DNA of 64,000 bases from an archaeon (GTDB taxonomy: Archaea; Nanobdellota; Nanobdellia; Woesearchaeales; GCA-2686295), in the NCBI GenBank assembly GCA_043822105.1, contig JBDRCD010000004.1:10410-74409 (forward strand). Direction: 5' to 3'. Both the position numbers and the translations under genes were made by a program. A model generated the notes under the pieces. That model made no database searches. It saw nothing but the letters and a program-made list of their open reading frames with translations, and was not told the DNA's origin. Below are positions 36,808-46,900 of this stretch, in pieces; within the stretch, counting starts at the first letter, position 1; every line of letters begins with the position of its first letter.

Positions 36808-38874
36808 ATGAAGGGTAAAGCATTGTTATTACTTGTAATGTTATTTTCCCTGTTTTTAATCCAAATTTCTAGTGTAAATGCGGCATGTACTACTGGAATA
36901 TATATTTGTGGAGTATCCTATAATTGCGTGGATCCTGCTCCTTTAGATGGTGTTTGTGTAAGTGACTTCCCTGCGTGGACCAGTTGTAGTTCTGATAATT
37001 GTGCTGATTCTGACCAAGATTGCTGTAAATCACCATGGACCTGGTTTGCAAACTCTTGCTGCGGTGATGATGGTGAGAGCTTTAAGACAGAAACTCAGGG
37101 AACTGATGCATCTTCTTTGTTCGACGATGGAACTCAGCAATGCTGCTCCTCTTCCACAAACTGTGTAGAAGCTAGTGCCTGTAAGAATACAGCAACAACT
37201 TTTGGTTCTAAACCAACATGGGGTTATTGTGATTCAGGAACATGGAAAGGAGGAGATGCAAGCACAGCAGCCTGCAGTGCTTTAGTAGGCAATGGTAAGT
37301 GGAGCCTTGGTGGAATAGCCAACTGTTGCGGTGATGATAACAATGAATTGGTCGTCACAGAATCAGGAGGAACAGACGCGCCATCAGGCTACAACGATGG
37401 CATATCAACCTGCTGTTCAGCTGCAAATGCCTGCACCTACAATGATGTCTGCACATCCACCACAGGAACATCTGCACCTGCAATCCCAAACAAAGCCTAC
37501 TGTAATGCAGGAACCTGGCAGGGCGGAGACACAGGTTCAACCCAATGTGCTGCAATTACCGGAGCTTCAAACAGATGGTCAATAAACGGTGAAACAGCCC
37601 AAATAACCTGCTGTGGTGATGACAATAACGAGAACAGAAAAGTCTCAACATTTAATGTTGCTTCAATGGATGGCTCATCCGACGGAAGCGATGCCTGCTG
37701 TCTGGCTTCCACTGACTGTGTTGATTCAAACACCTGTTACAACACAGGACTATTAACCTACAACGCAGATGGTGATGTAGACAATGATTACTGTAATGCA
37801 GGAACATGGTATGACTGTCAAAATAATAATCAATGTGATATCAGCACTGGATATCACTGTGTTTCTAACGACTGCACAAATACATGCACTGCAAACGCAC
37901 AGTGTCCAAACAACTTCTTTTGTAATTCAGGCGGCATATGCACTCCAACTTTAACAGACAGATCAACATGTGTAGGACAAACCTTTGAAGGAACACAGGT
38001 TTCTGAAAACGAGGCTTGTCAATCAACCTATTGTGACAATGACGGAGTTGGTCTTACTGACGATAACTGGTGTTTTACTCCTGTTGGAAACTATGATAAT
38101 CAAGACAATAACTGTGAAGAATCCGCTAACTCTGCTTTAAACAACAATGCAGATGAAAGAAGAAATAACTGCACAGGAACAAGCGGTTATGTGGATAATA
38201 CTTGTAACTATTTCAATGACGGAGATTCAAACCAACAAACATGCGAATGCATTCTGGGAACATCTCCAACCTACTGGGCCATTGGTGGAGAAACATCTGC
38301 AGCAACCTGCTGTGATGATGCAACTGAAAACAGAAGAACTGCACAGTATCATGTTTCAATGACAGGCGCATCAGACGGTTCAGATGCTTGTTGCTTAGCA
38401 GCCAATGATTGTGTTGACAACAATGTTTGCTATAACCATGGAACAAACACTCATGATGCTGATGGCGATTCAGATTCAGACTACTGCAACCAAGGTGTCT
38501 GGCAAGAATGCGACACAAGTAGCTTTGATATCACTAAAGCTTTTGTCATAAAGAACAACAATGTAACCATTGCAGCCATTGACAAAGGAGGAATCTTTAA
38601 ACTGAAAAGAGATTACTTTGAATCAACTCTTCCAAATCCTCCTTCAACTCCTGACTACTTTGACATCAGAGATTCTGACAACAATCTAATTGCATATGTT
38701 GAAGAAGATGGTGATTTATACCTTGGAGGTTTTTTAACACAAAACGTAACTCCAACCAGAACCGCATCAAAGGAAGTTGTTGTAAGGTATTCAGGAACAG
38801 ATGTTGCAATCTTTAATGAGTTCGGAGATTTAACAATAGCTAAATGTATATCTACATTCGACGTTGACATATAA
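36808..38874 (+). CDS. secreted Cys-rich surface protein with CCGDD repeats
   Basis: Signal peptide, about 60 Cys, and repeated xCCGDDNNE / CCDDATEN blocks with intervening C...GTW motifs. Confidence 0.6.
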   Translation: MKGKALLLLVMLFSLFLIQISSVNAACTTGIYICGVSYNCVDPAPLDGVCVSDFPAWTSCSSDNCADSDQDCCKSPWTWFANSCCGDDGESFKTETQGTDASSLFDDGTQQCCSSSTNCVEASACKNTATTFGSKPTWGYCDSGTWKGGDASTAACSALVGNGKWSLGGIANCCGDDNNELVVTESGGTDAPSGYNDGISTCCSAANACTYNDVCTSTTGTSAPAIPNKAYCNAGTWQGGDTGSTQCAAITGASNRWSINGETAQITCCGDDNNENRKVSTFNVASMDGSSDGSDACCLASTDCVDSNTCYNTGLLTYNADGDVDNDYCNAGTWYDCQNNNQCDISTGYHCVSNDCTNTCTANAQCPNNFFCNSGGICTPTLTDRSTCVGQTFEGTQVSENEACQSTYCDNDGVGLTDDNWCFTPVGNYDNQDNNCEESANSALNNNADERRNNCTGTSGYVDNTCNYFNDGDSNQQTCECILGTSPTYWAIGGETSAATCCDDATENRRTAQYHVSMTGASDGSDACCLAANDCVDNNVCYNHGTNTHDADGDSDSDYCNQGVWQECDTSSFDITKAFVIKNNNVTIAAIDKGGIFKLKRDYFESTLPNPPSTPDYFDIRDSDNNLIAYVEEDGDLYLGGFLTQNVTPTRTASKEVVVRYSGTDVAIFNEFGDLTIAKCISTFDVDI

Positions 38875-38907
38875 ACATTTTTATATAATAAAGACCAGAG
38901 GTGAAAT

Positions 38908-39717
38908 ATGAATCCGGTGATGATAGCAGGAATAGCGATACTGGTGGCAGTTGTATGCATATTTCTCGCCTTCAGATTTGGAAGACACTTCTTCAAACTA
39001 TTTGCGCTCATAGTGCTTATCTTTTTATTTATACTGTTGCTGATTGGAATCATAATAGTCAGCGATTCCGCATCTTTCAAGGAAAGAAGTGCAACCGAGG
39101 ATACATTGTTTCTTCTTGCAAATCAAGATACTGTGCTTGCAGGTATTGTGGTGAAACCAGCCAAGCAGGAGACCGGCATAAAATCAGTTCAGGATGCTTT
39201 AGAAAATGTCATTGATCTGGACTTTGAACCTGAAATAATAATAGAACCATACATCTTTCCTTCAAAGACCAGACTGGATGATTTCACAAGTCTTTACAGA
39301 AATGACTATCTGCAAAGTCTGTCAACAATCTATTACAAAACGTTTGTTTTTGACAAGTCAATATTTGAAGAAATGAATCAGGACATGGTCGATCTGGGGT
39401 CTGTTGAATTGACTGTGAAGGATATACTTGAGGTTCTTGAATCAGAAGATCCCATCCAATCTTTAGCCGTTAAACTGGGTTGGACAAGAGAAAATCTGAT
39501 AAAGAGCCTTCCTAAAAATGCAGGTGGAGATGTTAGAGGACCATTGTTTTCAGTATTGCTGGTAAAGGTCACAGGAGAAAAAGTCAATACTCTTTCACCA
39601 ATATTTAAATATATCAAGGAAGGAAGAATACATGTGTATCCGACAACCATGATGTTTAAGTCTTTCAAGAGTCTGCCGGATTCAATAATAAAAGTCATAA
39701 TAGGAAGAGGTGGATAA
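38908..39717 (+). CDS. membrane protein (2 N-terminal TM segments plus a soluble domain)
   Basis: Two N-terminal hydrophobic helices. It is the first gene of an apparent operon that ends with lspA. Confidence 0.5.
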   Translation: MNPVMIAGIAILVAVVCIFLAFRFGRHFFKLFALIVLIFLFILLLIGIIIVSDSASFKERSATEDTLFLLANQDTVLAGIVVKPAKQETGIKSVQDALENVIDLDFEPEIIIEPYIFPSKTRLDDFTSLYRNDYLQSLSTIYYKTFVFDKSIFEEMNQDMVDLGSVELTVKDILEVLESEDPIQSLAVKLGWTRENLIKSLPKNAGGDVRGPLFSVLLVKVTGEKVNTLSPIFKYIKEGRIHVYPTTMMFKSFKSLPDSIIKVIIGRGG

Positions 39718-40095
39718 ATGAGTTTTACAGATAAAATAAAATTTTGGAAAAAACACGATGATCTGGGTCTGGAAGATGATTTCGGAGCAGAGATGAAACA
39801 GAATCAAATGCGGGATGACGGAACAAGGGAGTCCTTTGTTGGAGAAGGTGGTCAGGAAATAAAAAATGATTTGAGCAATCCCTTGAGCTTTGAGGAAAAA
39901 TCTAAATTTGAACAACCGCAGCAGAACTTTGGACAGCAGAATTATCAGCAGTCATCAAGGGATTTTGATTTGATATCATCAAAACTTGACACAATCAAAG
40001 CAGAGCTTGATTCAATTAATCAGCGAATACAAAAAATAGAAAAAATTGCCGAAGAATCACAGAAAGAAGAGAAAAAGAAAGATTCTCTATGGTGA
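39718..40095 (+). CDS. hypothetical coiled-coil protein
   Basis: Gln-rich sequence with a C-terminal heptad-like segment. It overlaps the start of lspA. Confidence 0.4.
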   Translation: MSFTDKIKFWKKHDDLGLEDDFGAEMKQNQMRDDGTRESFVGEGGQEIKNDLSNPLSFEEKSKFEQPQQNFGQQNYQQSSRDFDLISSKLDTIKAELDSINQRIQKIEKIAEESQKEEKKKDSLW

Positions 40096-40502
40096 AGAAA
40101 AACATATTATTGTTTCTGGGACTGCTTATTCTAGACCAGATTACAAAATTAATAGTGTCTGTGACAAATGCTTCAATTGACCTAAAAATTCTTTCAATAA
40201 ACTTTATTCATAACACCGGAGCAATATGGGGTTTCTTTCAGAACTCCAACATGGTGTTCATCTGGATATCACTGATTGCAATAGGAGTATTACTTTATTT
40301 TCAGGATAAATTTTCAGAGAAATCACTGCCTTTCTACACATTATTGCTGGCAGGAGTAATAGGCAATCTTATGGATAGAATATTCAGAGGATACGTGGTT
40401 GATTTTATAGATTTTAAAATATGGCCTGTGTTCAACTTTGCAGATGCATTCATAGTAATAGGAGTAATAGGCTTGATAATCTATACCTGGAAAGAAAACT
40501 AG
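40089..40502 (+). CDS. lspA: lipoprotein signal peptidase (signal peptidase II)
   Basis: 4-TM protein with NTGAIWGFF (the NxGAAFG box) and FNFADAFIVIG (the FNxAD box). Confidence 0.75.
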   Translation: MVKKNILLFLGLLILDQITKLIVSVTNASIDLKILSINFIHNTGAIWGFFQNSNMVFIWISLIAIGVLLYFQDKFSEKSLPFYTLLLAGVIGNLMDRIFRGYVVDFIDFKIWPVFNFADAFIVIGVIGLIIYTWKEN

Positions 40503-40834
40503 AACTCATCAAATTCATCCATATTTTCCAGATGACCGTTTTTCTGGAGCCATTTGACCTGTATTGGTTTATACTTGAAGATTATATCTCCTTTTTCATC
40601 GCCACCGAGCTCCCATGGTTCAACAAGGACAATGTCTCCTTCACGAACCCAGAGCCTTCTCTTTAGTCGACCAGGAATCCTGCAAACACGGGTCTTTCCA
40701 TCCATGCACCGAACAGAGCATCTGCTACCACCAAGCCTTCTGTCAAGAAGCCCAAGAGATTGACTTCCTCTAGGAAGCTTAACTCTCCTTATTTCTTCCT
40801 GGATTTCCTCTTCTGTCTGTGATTCGAATACCAT
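40499..40834 (-). CDS. eif1a: translation initiation factor aIF-1A
   Basis: S1-like OB fold VRCMDGKTRVCRIPGRLKRRLWVREGDIVLVEPW. Confidence 0.85.
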   Translation of the reverse strand: MVFESQTEEEIQEEIRRVKLPRGSQSLGLLDRRLGGSRCSVRCMDGKTRVCRIPGRLKRRLWVREGDIVLVEPWELGGDEKGDIIFKYKPIQVKWLQKNGHLENMDEFDEF

Positions 40835-40955
40835 TTATATCAGAGAAAACATGAACCCTTTTATATGTATTGCGAAAAATTAAAGATTTTCATCTGAAAT
40901 CGTAAATTTTTTAAATAAATACTTCCAGTTTAGTATTCTCATCTAAATTACATTC

Positions 40956-41129
40956 ATGCCCATCAAAAAAGAAGACGTTTTGGACGAGAAGGAAACAAAA
41001 CCAAAAAACTGCATAGTCTGTAAAGAGCCTGCAGAGTTCTGTATGAGAGGAATTCCTGACAATTGCTATTGCAAAGCATGTGCAAAGGATTATTTTAAAC
41101 TTCTAAGCTATCTTGAAAAGCTTAAATAA
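40956..41129 (+). CDS. small Zn-ribbon protein (57 aa)
   Basis: CxxC...CxC..C spacing (CIVCKEPAEFCMRGIPDNCYCKAC). Coordinates are hand-derived. Confidence 0.35.
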   Translation: MPIKKEDVLDEKETKPKNCIVCKEPAEFCMRGIPDNCYCKACAKDYFKLLSYLEKLK

Positions 41130-43029
41130 AAGGTACGCCTTTTTTCTCTGTTTTAATGCCGTAGACAAAGACATAGTTCCAGAAAAATCCTTTTCTCCTG
41201 ATGACTCTGACTGCAAATCCTGCGTCCCTGAATATTTTTTCAATCTTGCTGTTTGAAGAAAGCCATTCAACATTTGGGAGAACCCAAAAGAAATCCACAT
41301 ATTCTGTCAAAAAAATCCTGCCGTTTTCAGGCAGCAAATCCTTCATGTCAGAAAGTATTCTCTTCAGGTTCTGCATGTAACTCATCATTCCGACTGAAAA
41401 AATCATGTCAACGGCTCCAACATCCGGATGAACTCTGCTGACATGATGCTCATCATAGATTACCTGGACATGTTTATAGCCTTTCTTTGCAAGTCTCTTT
41501 CTTAGAATATCAACGTTTTTTTGACTTAGGTCAGTGGCATAGACTTTTCCGCCAGGACCAACTGCTTCTGCAAGATGCAGAGTTAAAGTACCGACGCCGG
41601 ATCCATACTCAAAGACGTGCTTATTCTCGATGTCTTCGAATATTCCAAGTATTTCTCTCCTGACTTTTTTTGGAAGTATTATGTTTTCCAACCACAGATT
41701 GATGAATGCAAATGAGTTGCTGATTTTTATGATTGCATCAGGATCATAGTAGAACAGCAAAAGGAAATAGATTGGTATTCCAAACACTATGAATGACAAG
41801 CCTAGTTTTGCAACGTGGACTGCGCCTTCAACATTAAATAACCAGTATCCGACAAGTCCAAGAAGCATAAGAACCAGTGCAATTGATCCTGACTTGCCAA
41901 ATGGAAGTCTGTAGGGTCTTTCAGTATTAGGTTGTTTAATTCTTAGTACAAAAAGACTGAAAATGGTTGCAGCGTAAATTACCAGAACCAATGGAAGCAA
42001 TATTTCCAGCAAAGTTTCATAGGAACCGGACCCAATAATTACAAGTATACTTGTGAGAATTGTCTGAAAAATTATGGCCACATAGGGAGTATTGTTTTCA
42101 GGATGAATCTTTGCACATTGAGTAATGAACAGTTTATCTTTGGCCAAAGCAAGAATTAATCTCGGTGATGAAACTATCCAGCCGGCAACGCTTCCAATTA
42201 TTGACATGTAAACAAGGATTGTGAAAATGCTCCTTCCAACATCTCCGTAGTGTACGAGTGAAAGGTCGGACAGCGGTGCCAGAGACTCTGAAAATGTTTG
42301 CCAGGGAACCGAACCAAGAGCAGTGATTACAAAAATCATGCTGATGATTGCAATTATTATTGTTCCATAAATGAGCGCTTTTGGGATGTTTTTTTCAGGA
42401 TTTTTTGTTTCTTCCGCCAGAAAAGTCGCTGTTTCCCAGCCAAAGAAAGTTTCAGCTATGAAGAATATTGCTATGAACACCATTGGCCATGAATGTGTAA
42501 AGAAAGGAGTGAAATTACTGAAATTCATGGAGAAAAGTCCAGGGATAATCAATCCAATTAATGATGTCAATGTGAAAATTGCAAAAGCCACAAGCATAAC
42601 AGCACTTGTTTTCATTCCCTTGTAGGCCATGAAATTGAAAACCAATATGAACATCAGACTAATGACTATTTTCATGATGTTGGGCATCGACGGGTTAAGA
42701 TATCTGATGGCGCCAACAATTAGCATTGCAATGGTTATGTTTCCTGCAACAAGAGTCATCCAACCGACCAGAAAAGAAGTGAATCTTCCATAGGCCTGCT
42801 TGCAAAATTCATAGATTCCACCGGACTTTGGAAACATGCTGGACAGTTCTCCGAATGACATTGCTATGTAGATTGCAATGAATGAAAGAATTAGCCATGA
42901 TATAAGAGACATTGGTCCTGCTTTCTTTGCACCAAGAGCCGGTAGGAAGAAAATACCTGTTCCCATGATGGAGTTTATGGTGATTAAAAGTATTACAGGA
43001 AAGTTCAGAGTCTTCTTTAATTCAGCCAT
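41122..43029 (-). CDS. APC-family amino acid permease fused to a C-terminal class I SAM-dependent methyltransferase
   Basis: Twelve TM segments with an APC-type N-terminus (GTGIFFLP...FGELSSMFPKSGGIY). A C-terminal domain follows with the SAM motif I VFEYGSGVGTL and a post-I acidic residue (VYATDLS). Confidence 0.75.
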   Translation of the reverse strand: MAELKKTLNFPVILLITINSIMGTGIFFLPALGAKKAGPMSLISWLILSFIAIYIAMSFGELSSMFPKSGGIYEFCKQAYGRFTSFLVGWMTLVAGNITIAMLIVGAIRYLNPSMPNIMKIVISLMFILVFNFMAYKGMKTSAVMLVAFAIFTLTSLIGLIIPGLFSMNFSNFTPFFTHSWPMVFIAIFFIAETFFGWETATFLAEETKNPEKNIPKALIYGTIIIAIISMIFVITALGSVPWQTFSESLAPLSDLSLVHYGDVGRSIFTILVYMSIIGSVAGWIVSSPRLILALAKDKLFITQCAKIHPENNTPYVAIIFQTILTSILVIIGSGSYETLLEILLPLVLVIYAATIFSLFVLRIKQPNTERPYRLPFGKSGSIALVLMLLGLVGYWLFNVEGAVHVAKLGLSFIVFGIPIYFLLLFYYDPDAIIKISNSFAFINLWLENIILPKKVRREILGIFEDIENKHVFEYGSGVGTLTLHLAEAVGPGGKVYATDLSQKNVDILRKRLAKKGYKHVQVIYDEHHVSRVHPDVGAVDMIFSVGMMSYMQNLKRILSDMKDLLPENGRIFLTEYVDFFWVLPNVEWLSSNSKIEKIFRDAGFAVRVIRRKGFFWNYVFVYGIKTEKKGVPFI

Positions 43030-43127
43030 CAGTTATACTTTATGTCGTCTGGTATATAAATAATTGGTTCAATTCATGAGTGGTAATCTGAGATATATTT
43101 TTAAACGACTGTTATTTCCAAAAGAAT

Positions 43128-43787
43128 ATGAAGACGCACTTTGTTGAAGTAAAATACGATGTGAAGGTTACAATTCCGAAGGTTGTACTTGATAAACTGC
43201 CAACTGAAATAATGCTTTTTTTGACTGCACAGCTTATGGATCAGAAGGAGGACATAATAAAACAACTTCAAAAAGCAGGAAAGAAAGTTTTCTTGACAAA
43301 GCCCCGACACACAATTCATGAAGGTCAAATTCTTGGTTGCAGCACTGAAAAAGCAGATGGAAACTTTGAAGCATTTTTCTACATCGGCGATGGAATGTTT
43401 CATCCGCAGGCATTGGTAATTAAGAATGACAGGCCGGTTCACATTTGGGATGCAATCAATGAGAAATATAAATTATTGACAAAGAAAGATGCGGAGATGA
43501 CCAGAAACAGAATAAATGCTGCAAGGACTGCTTTTTTAATGAGTAAAAACATAGGTGTTCTGGTGACCACAAAACCTGGTCAGAACAAGCTTGCTCATTT
43601 CATGAAAATCAGAAGCAATTATTCTGATAAACAATTCTATTATCTGGTCAACAACAACATCGAATTTGACAGGTTGGAAGACTTTCCATTCATTGACTGT
43701 TTTGTAAACACTGCCTGTGAAAGGATTGCAACCGACGACTATGACAAGTTCAACAGGCCTGTGCTGAACTTCGAAGACCTACCATAG
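43128..43787 (+). CDS. dph2: 2-(3-amino-3-carboxypropyl)histidine synthase Dph2, C-terminal two domains only
   Basis: QILGCS and ACERIATDDYD blocks align with archaeal Dph2 domains 2 and 3 (QVLGCN... / ACPRVPLDDYG). Domain 1 with the first Cys ligand is absent, and the upstream 98 nt is non-coding. Confidence 0.7.
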   Translation: MKTHFVEVKYDVKVTIPKVVLDKLPTEIMLFLTAQLMDQKEDIIKQLQKAGKKVFLTKPRHTIHEGQILGCSTEKADGNFEAFFYIGDGMFHPQALVIKNDRPVHIWDAINEKYKLLTKKDAEMTRNRINAARTAFLMSKNIGVLVTTKPGQNKLAHFMKIRSNYSDKQFYYLVNNNIEFDRLEDFPFIDCFVNTACERIATDDYDKFNRPVLNFEDLP

Positions 43788-43879
43788 TTTTTCTATTTTA
43801 AAGTAGTGATAGACGAAATGTTTATAAATATCTGAAGATTGCTGTACTCTATAAAGTTTAATTAACAAAAAAGTTAAGC

Positions 43880-43898
43880 TTTTTTGGAATTCCAAAAA
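43880..43898. terminator. perfect palindrome TTTTTGGAATTCCAAAAA between dph2 and the giant gene
   Basis: 18-bp palindrome with T-rich flanks, 90 nt downstream of the dph2 stop. It could be a terminator hairpin or an operator. Confidence 0.4.
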
Positions 43899-43933
43899 TC
43901 CAAAAAGGATTTTTGTTATTTTAGAAAATAAAC

Positions 43934-46900
43934 TTGTTTGGGGGAACAAAAGTGAACAATTCAAATCTAGTAAAAAATATATCTTTTGCGATAATCGCGG
44001 TAATTCTACTGACAATATCCGTCATGAGTGCGACGGCTGTAAGCTGTGTCAATGATGATACAGGGCCTTCAATAATGCATGGCTATGGTTTCATTTCTGA
44101 CGGAGAAAATTATACCTTCAATTTTGACATTGAAGATGATTGTAATCCTATACAAGCAGCAGAGATGTTTATCAAGTACTCCCTCAATAATACGGTTTTC
44201 ACCTGTGACACCCCTGGTACAGGAATGGCAATGGATGCAGAAGACGGTGTTTTTGATGAAATAAGAGAGAATACAGTGAGAGAAGTATCCTATTTTTATG
44301 ACCAAAGCGGTTGGTATGCCCACTGTTTTCAAGCACAAGATTCTGAAGATAACTGGGGAACATGCATATGCAGTCCAAATGAGTATGATGGCTTTCCTCC
44401 AACTATCGAGAACATAAACATAAATCCTGCATTTAACAATGGTTACTTTAGTTTCACAGCAGATGCAGTGGATGATTACTCAGGAATCAGAGCTGCAGAA
44501 TATTTTATATCTCACGATTCAAATTTTCAATGTCCAGAAAGAACCTATAATTCTGGAATTGGAACTCCTCTTAATGTAAGTGACGGAAACTGGTGGAACC
44601 AAACAGAAGAAGTATACGCAAATGATGTAGAATACTTGGTAGATGGATCAAATCTTTTGTGTATAAGAGCACAGGATGATTTTGGACATCATGGAGTAGG
44701 TAAATGGGGAGAATGCACCTGTGCAACATTTGAAACAGACTCAAAACCTCCAATAGTTATTCTAAGTTTAGTCAACGGCGGACACCCGGAAGAAGAACTT
44801 GTTTGTGATGATGACCCAACAGTCTTTGCAACAATATGTGATTCAGAATCACCAATTCCAGAAGCAGAATATTTCTTAGATTTATGGCTTCCTCCAAGTC
44901 AAGAAATTCCATTACCAGGAACAGGATATCAAATGACTCTTGTCAATGAATACATGCAGCTGGGAACTGGTTGGTACTGCTCAGATTTCACAGCAGACAT
45001 TCCACTAGAAGATCTAGAAGACGGAACTCATTATTTGAACCAAATAAGAGGAATGGATGCATTCGGAAACTGGGGAAAAATATACTTTCAAAATTTCAAT
45101 TACTCATTTATCAAGGATACAACTCCACCATCAACAGATAAAGACATAGTCTTTGGCGGAGATAGAAATGTTCCTTGTCAAATATCAGAAGCAATGGGTG
45201 AAACAATCACCAATGGTTGCTACTATGTACAGGAAGGAACTGAGATTTTCTTAACTGCAGAAGACCCTGACCCACAGGGAACAAACGAATTTGCAGGAGA
45301 CGTTTTAATTAACTACATAATCTGGTGGTCAGAAGATGGTCAGATAGGATGGGAAATACTGGAAGAAGGACAGAGCAACGTCGATGAACCAGTCTCATTT
45401 ACACTTGACGAACCATCATACCACTTGATAGAATACTGGGCAGAAGACGGATGCGATGAAGAAGAAACACATCACTTTGAACTAGATATTGTGCACTTAA
45501 CATGGTGTGGCGATGGAGAAGTACAAAGTCCAAACACATACGGAGAATACGAAGAATGTGACGGATTAGCAGGTGTTGGTTCTCATCAAGAATGTACTCA
45601 AGAATGTACACTTGTAAACTTAACCTATTGTGGAGATGATATTAAACAATCTCCGAACGATGAAGGTACATTTGGTCCTAATAATGATGGATACGAGGAG
45701 TGTGATGGAACCGATGGAGTAGGACTTCACCAAGAATGTCTGGAAACATGCGAGTTAATTAACTTGACATGGTGTGGAGACAATGAAACTCAATATCCAA
45801 ACGATTACGGAGAATTTGAACTTTGTGATGAGAATGGAGATAACACAGATACTGCATGTGATCCTGGCTATAATGGTGAGTGTAGTTGGTGTGATTTAAC
45901 TTGTCAACCTCATAATGAGACAGGTCCATTTTGTGGAGATGACATAAAGAATGGTCCTGAAGAGTGTGATGGAACCGATGGTGTTGGTTTACATCAGGAA
46001 TGTTCTGAAGTTTGTACACTTGTTGATTTAACTTTTTGTGGTGATGAAACCAAACAAACTCCTAACGATGAGCTTTTAGGTGGTCCTTTGGATGATGGTT
46101 ATGAGGATTGTGATTTCTTGGATGGCGTAGGTGCTCACCAGGTTTGTGAAGAAAACTGCACATTAACAGATTTAACATGGTGTGGAGATGGTATCAAACA
46201 AAACCCAAATGATGAAGGCATTGGCGGTCCATTCAATGACGGAAACGAAGAATGCGATGGAACCGACGGAGTTGGAGATCATGAAGAATGCAGTGAGACC
46301 TGTGAAATAATTCCTTTGACCTATTGCGGAGATGACATAAAACAGCAGCCAAACGATGAAGGTACTGGCGGTCCATTTGATGATGGAATGGAAGAGTGTG
46401 ACGGCTTGGCAGGAGTAGGTCCTCATCAGGAATGTGATGATAATTGTGAACTTGTTAATTTGACTTATTGTGGAGACGGAATAATTCAGGATCCAAACGA
46501 TGATGGGCAGAGTGAAGAGTGTGACGGCACAGCAGGTGTTGGTCCTCATCAAGAATGTTCTGAAGTTTGTACACTTGAAGATATGACCTACTGTGGTGAT
46601 GATATTAAGCAGACTCCTAATGATGAGCTTTTAGGTGGTCCATTGGATGATGGTTACGAGGAGTGTGATGGAACCGATGGTGTCGGAGCACATCAACAAT
46701 GTGAAGATGATTGTTCACTAACAGACCTAACTTTCTGCGGAGATGAAGTTAAACAATATCCTAATGATGAACTTCTTGGTGGCCCATTAAATGATGGTTA
46801 CGAAGATTGTGACTTCCTTGACGGTGTTGGTCCTCATCAAGAGTGTGAAGATAATTGTACTTTAACTGATTTAACCTATTGTGGTGATGATATTAAGCAG

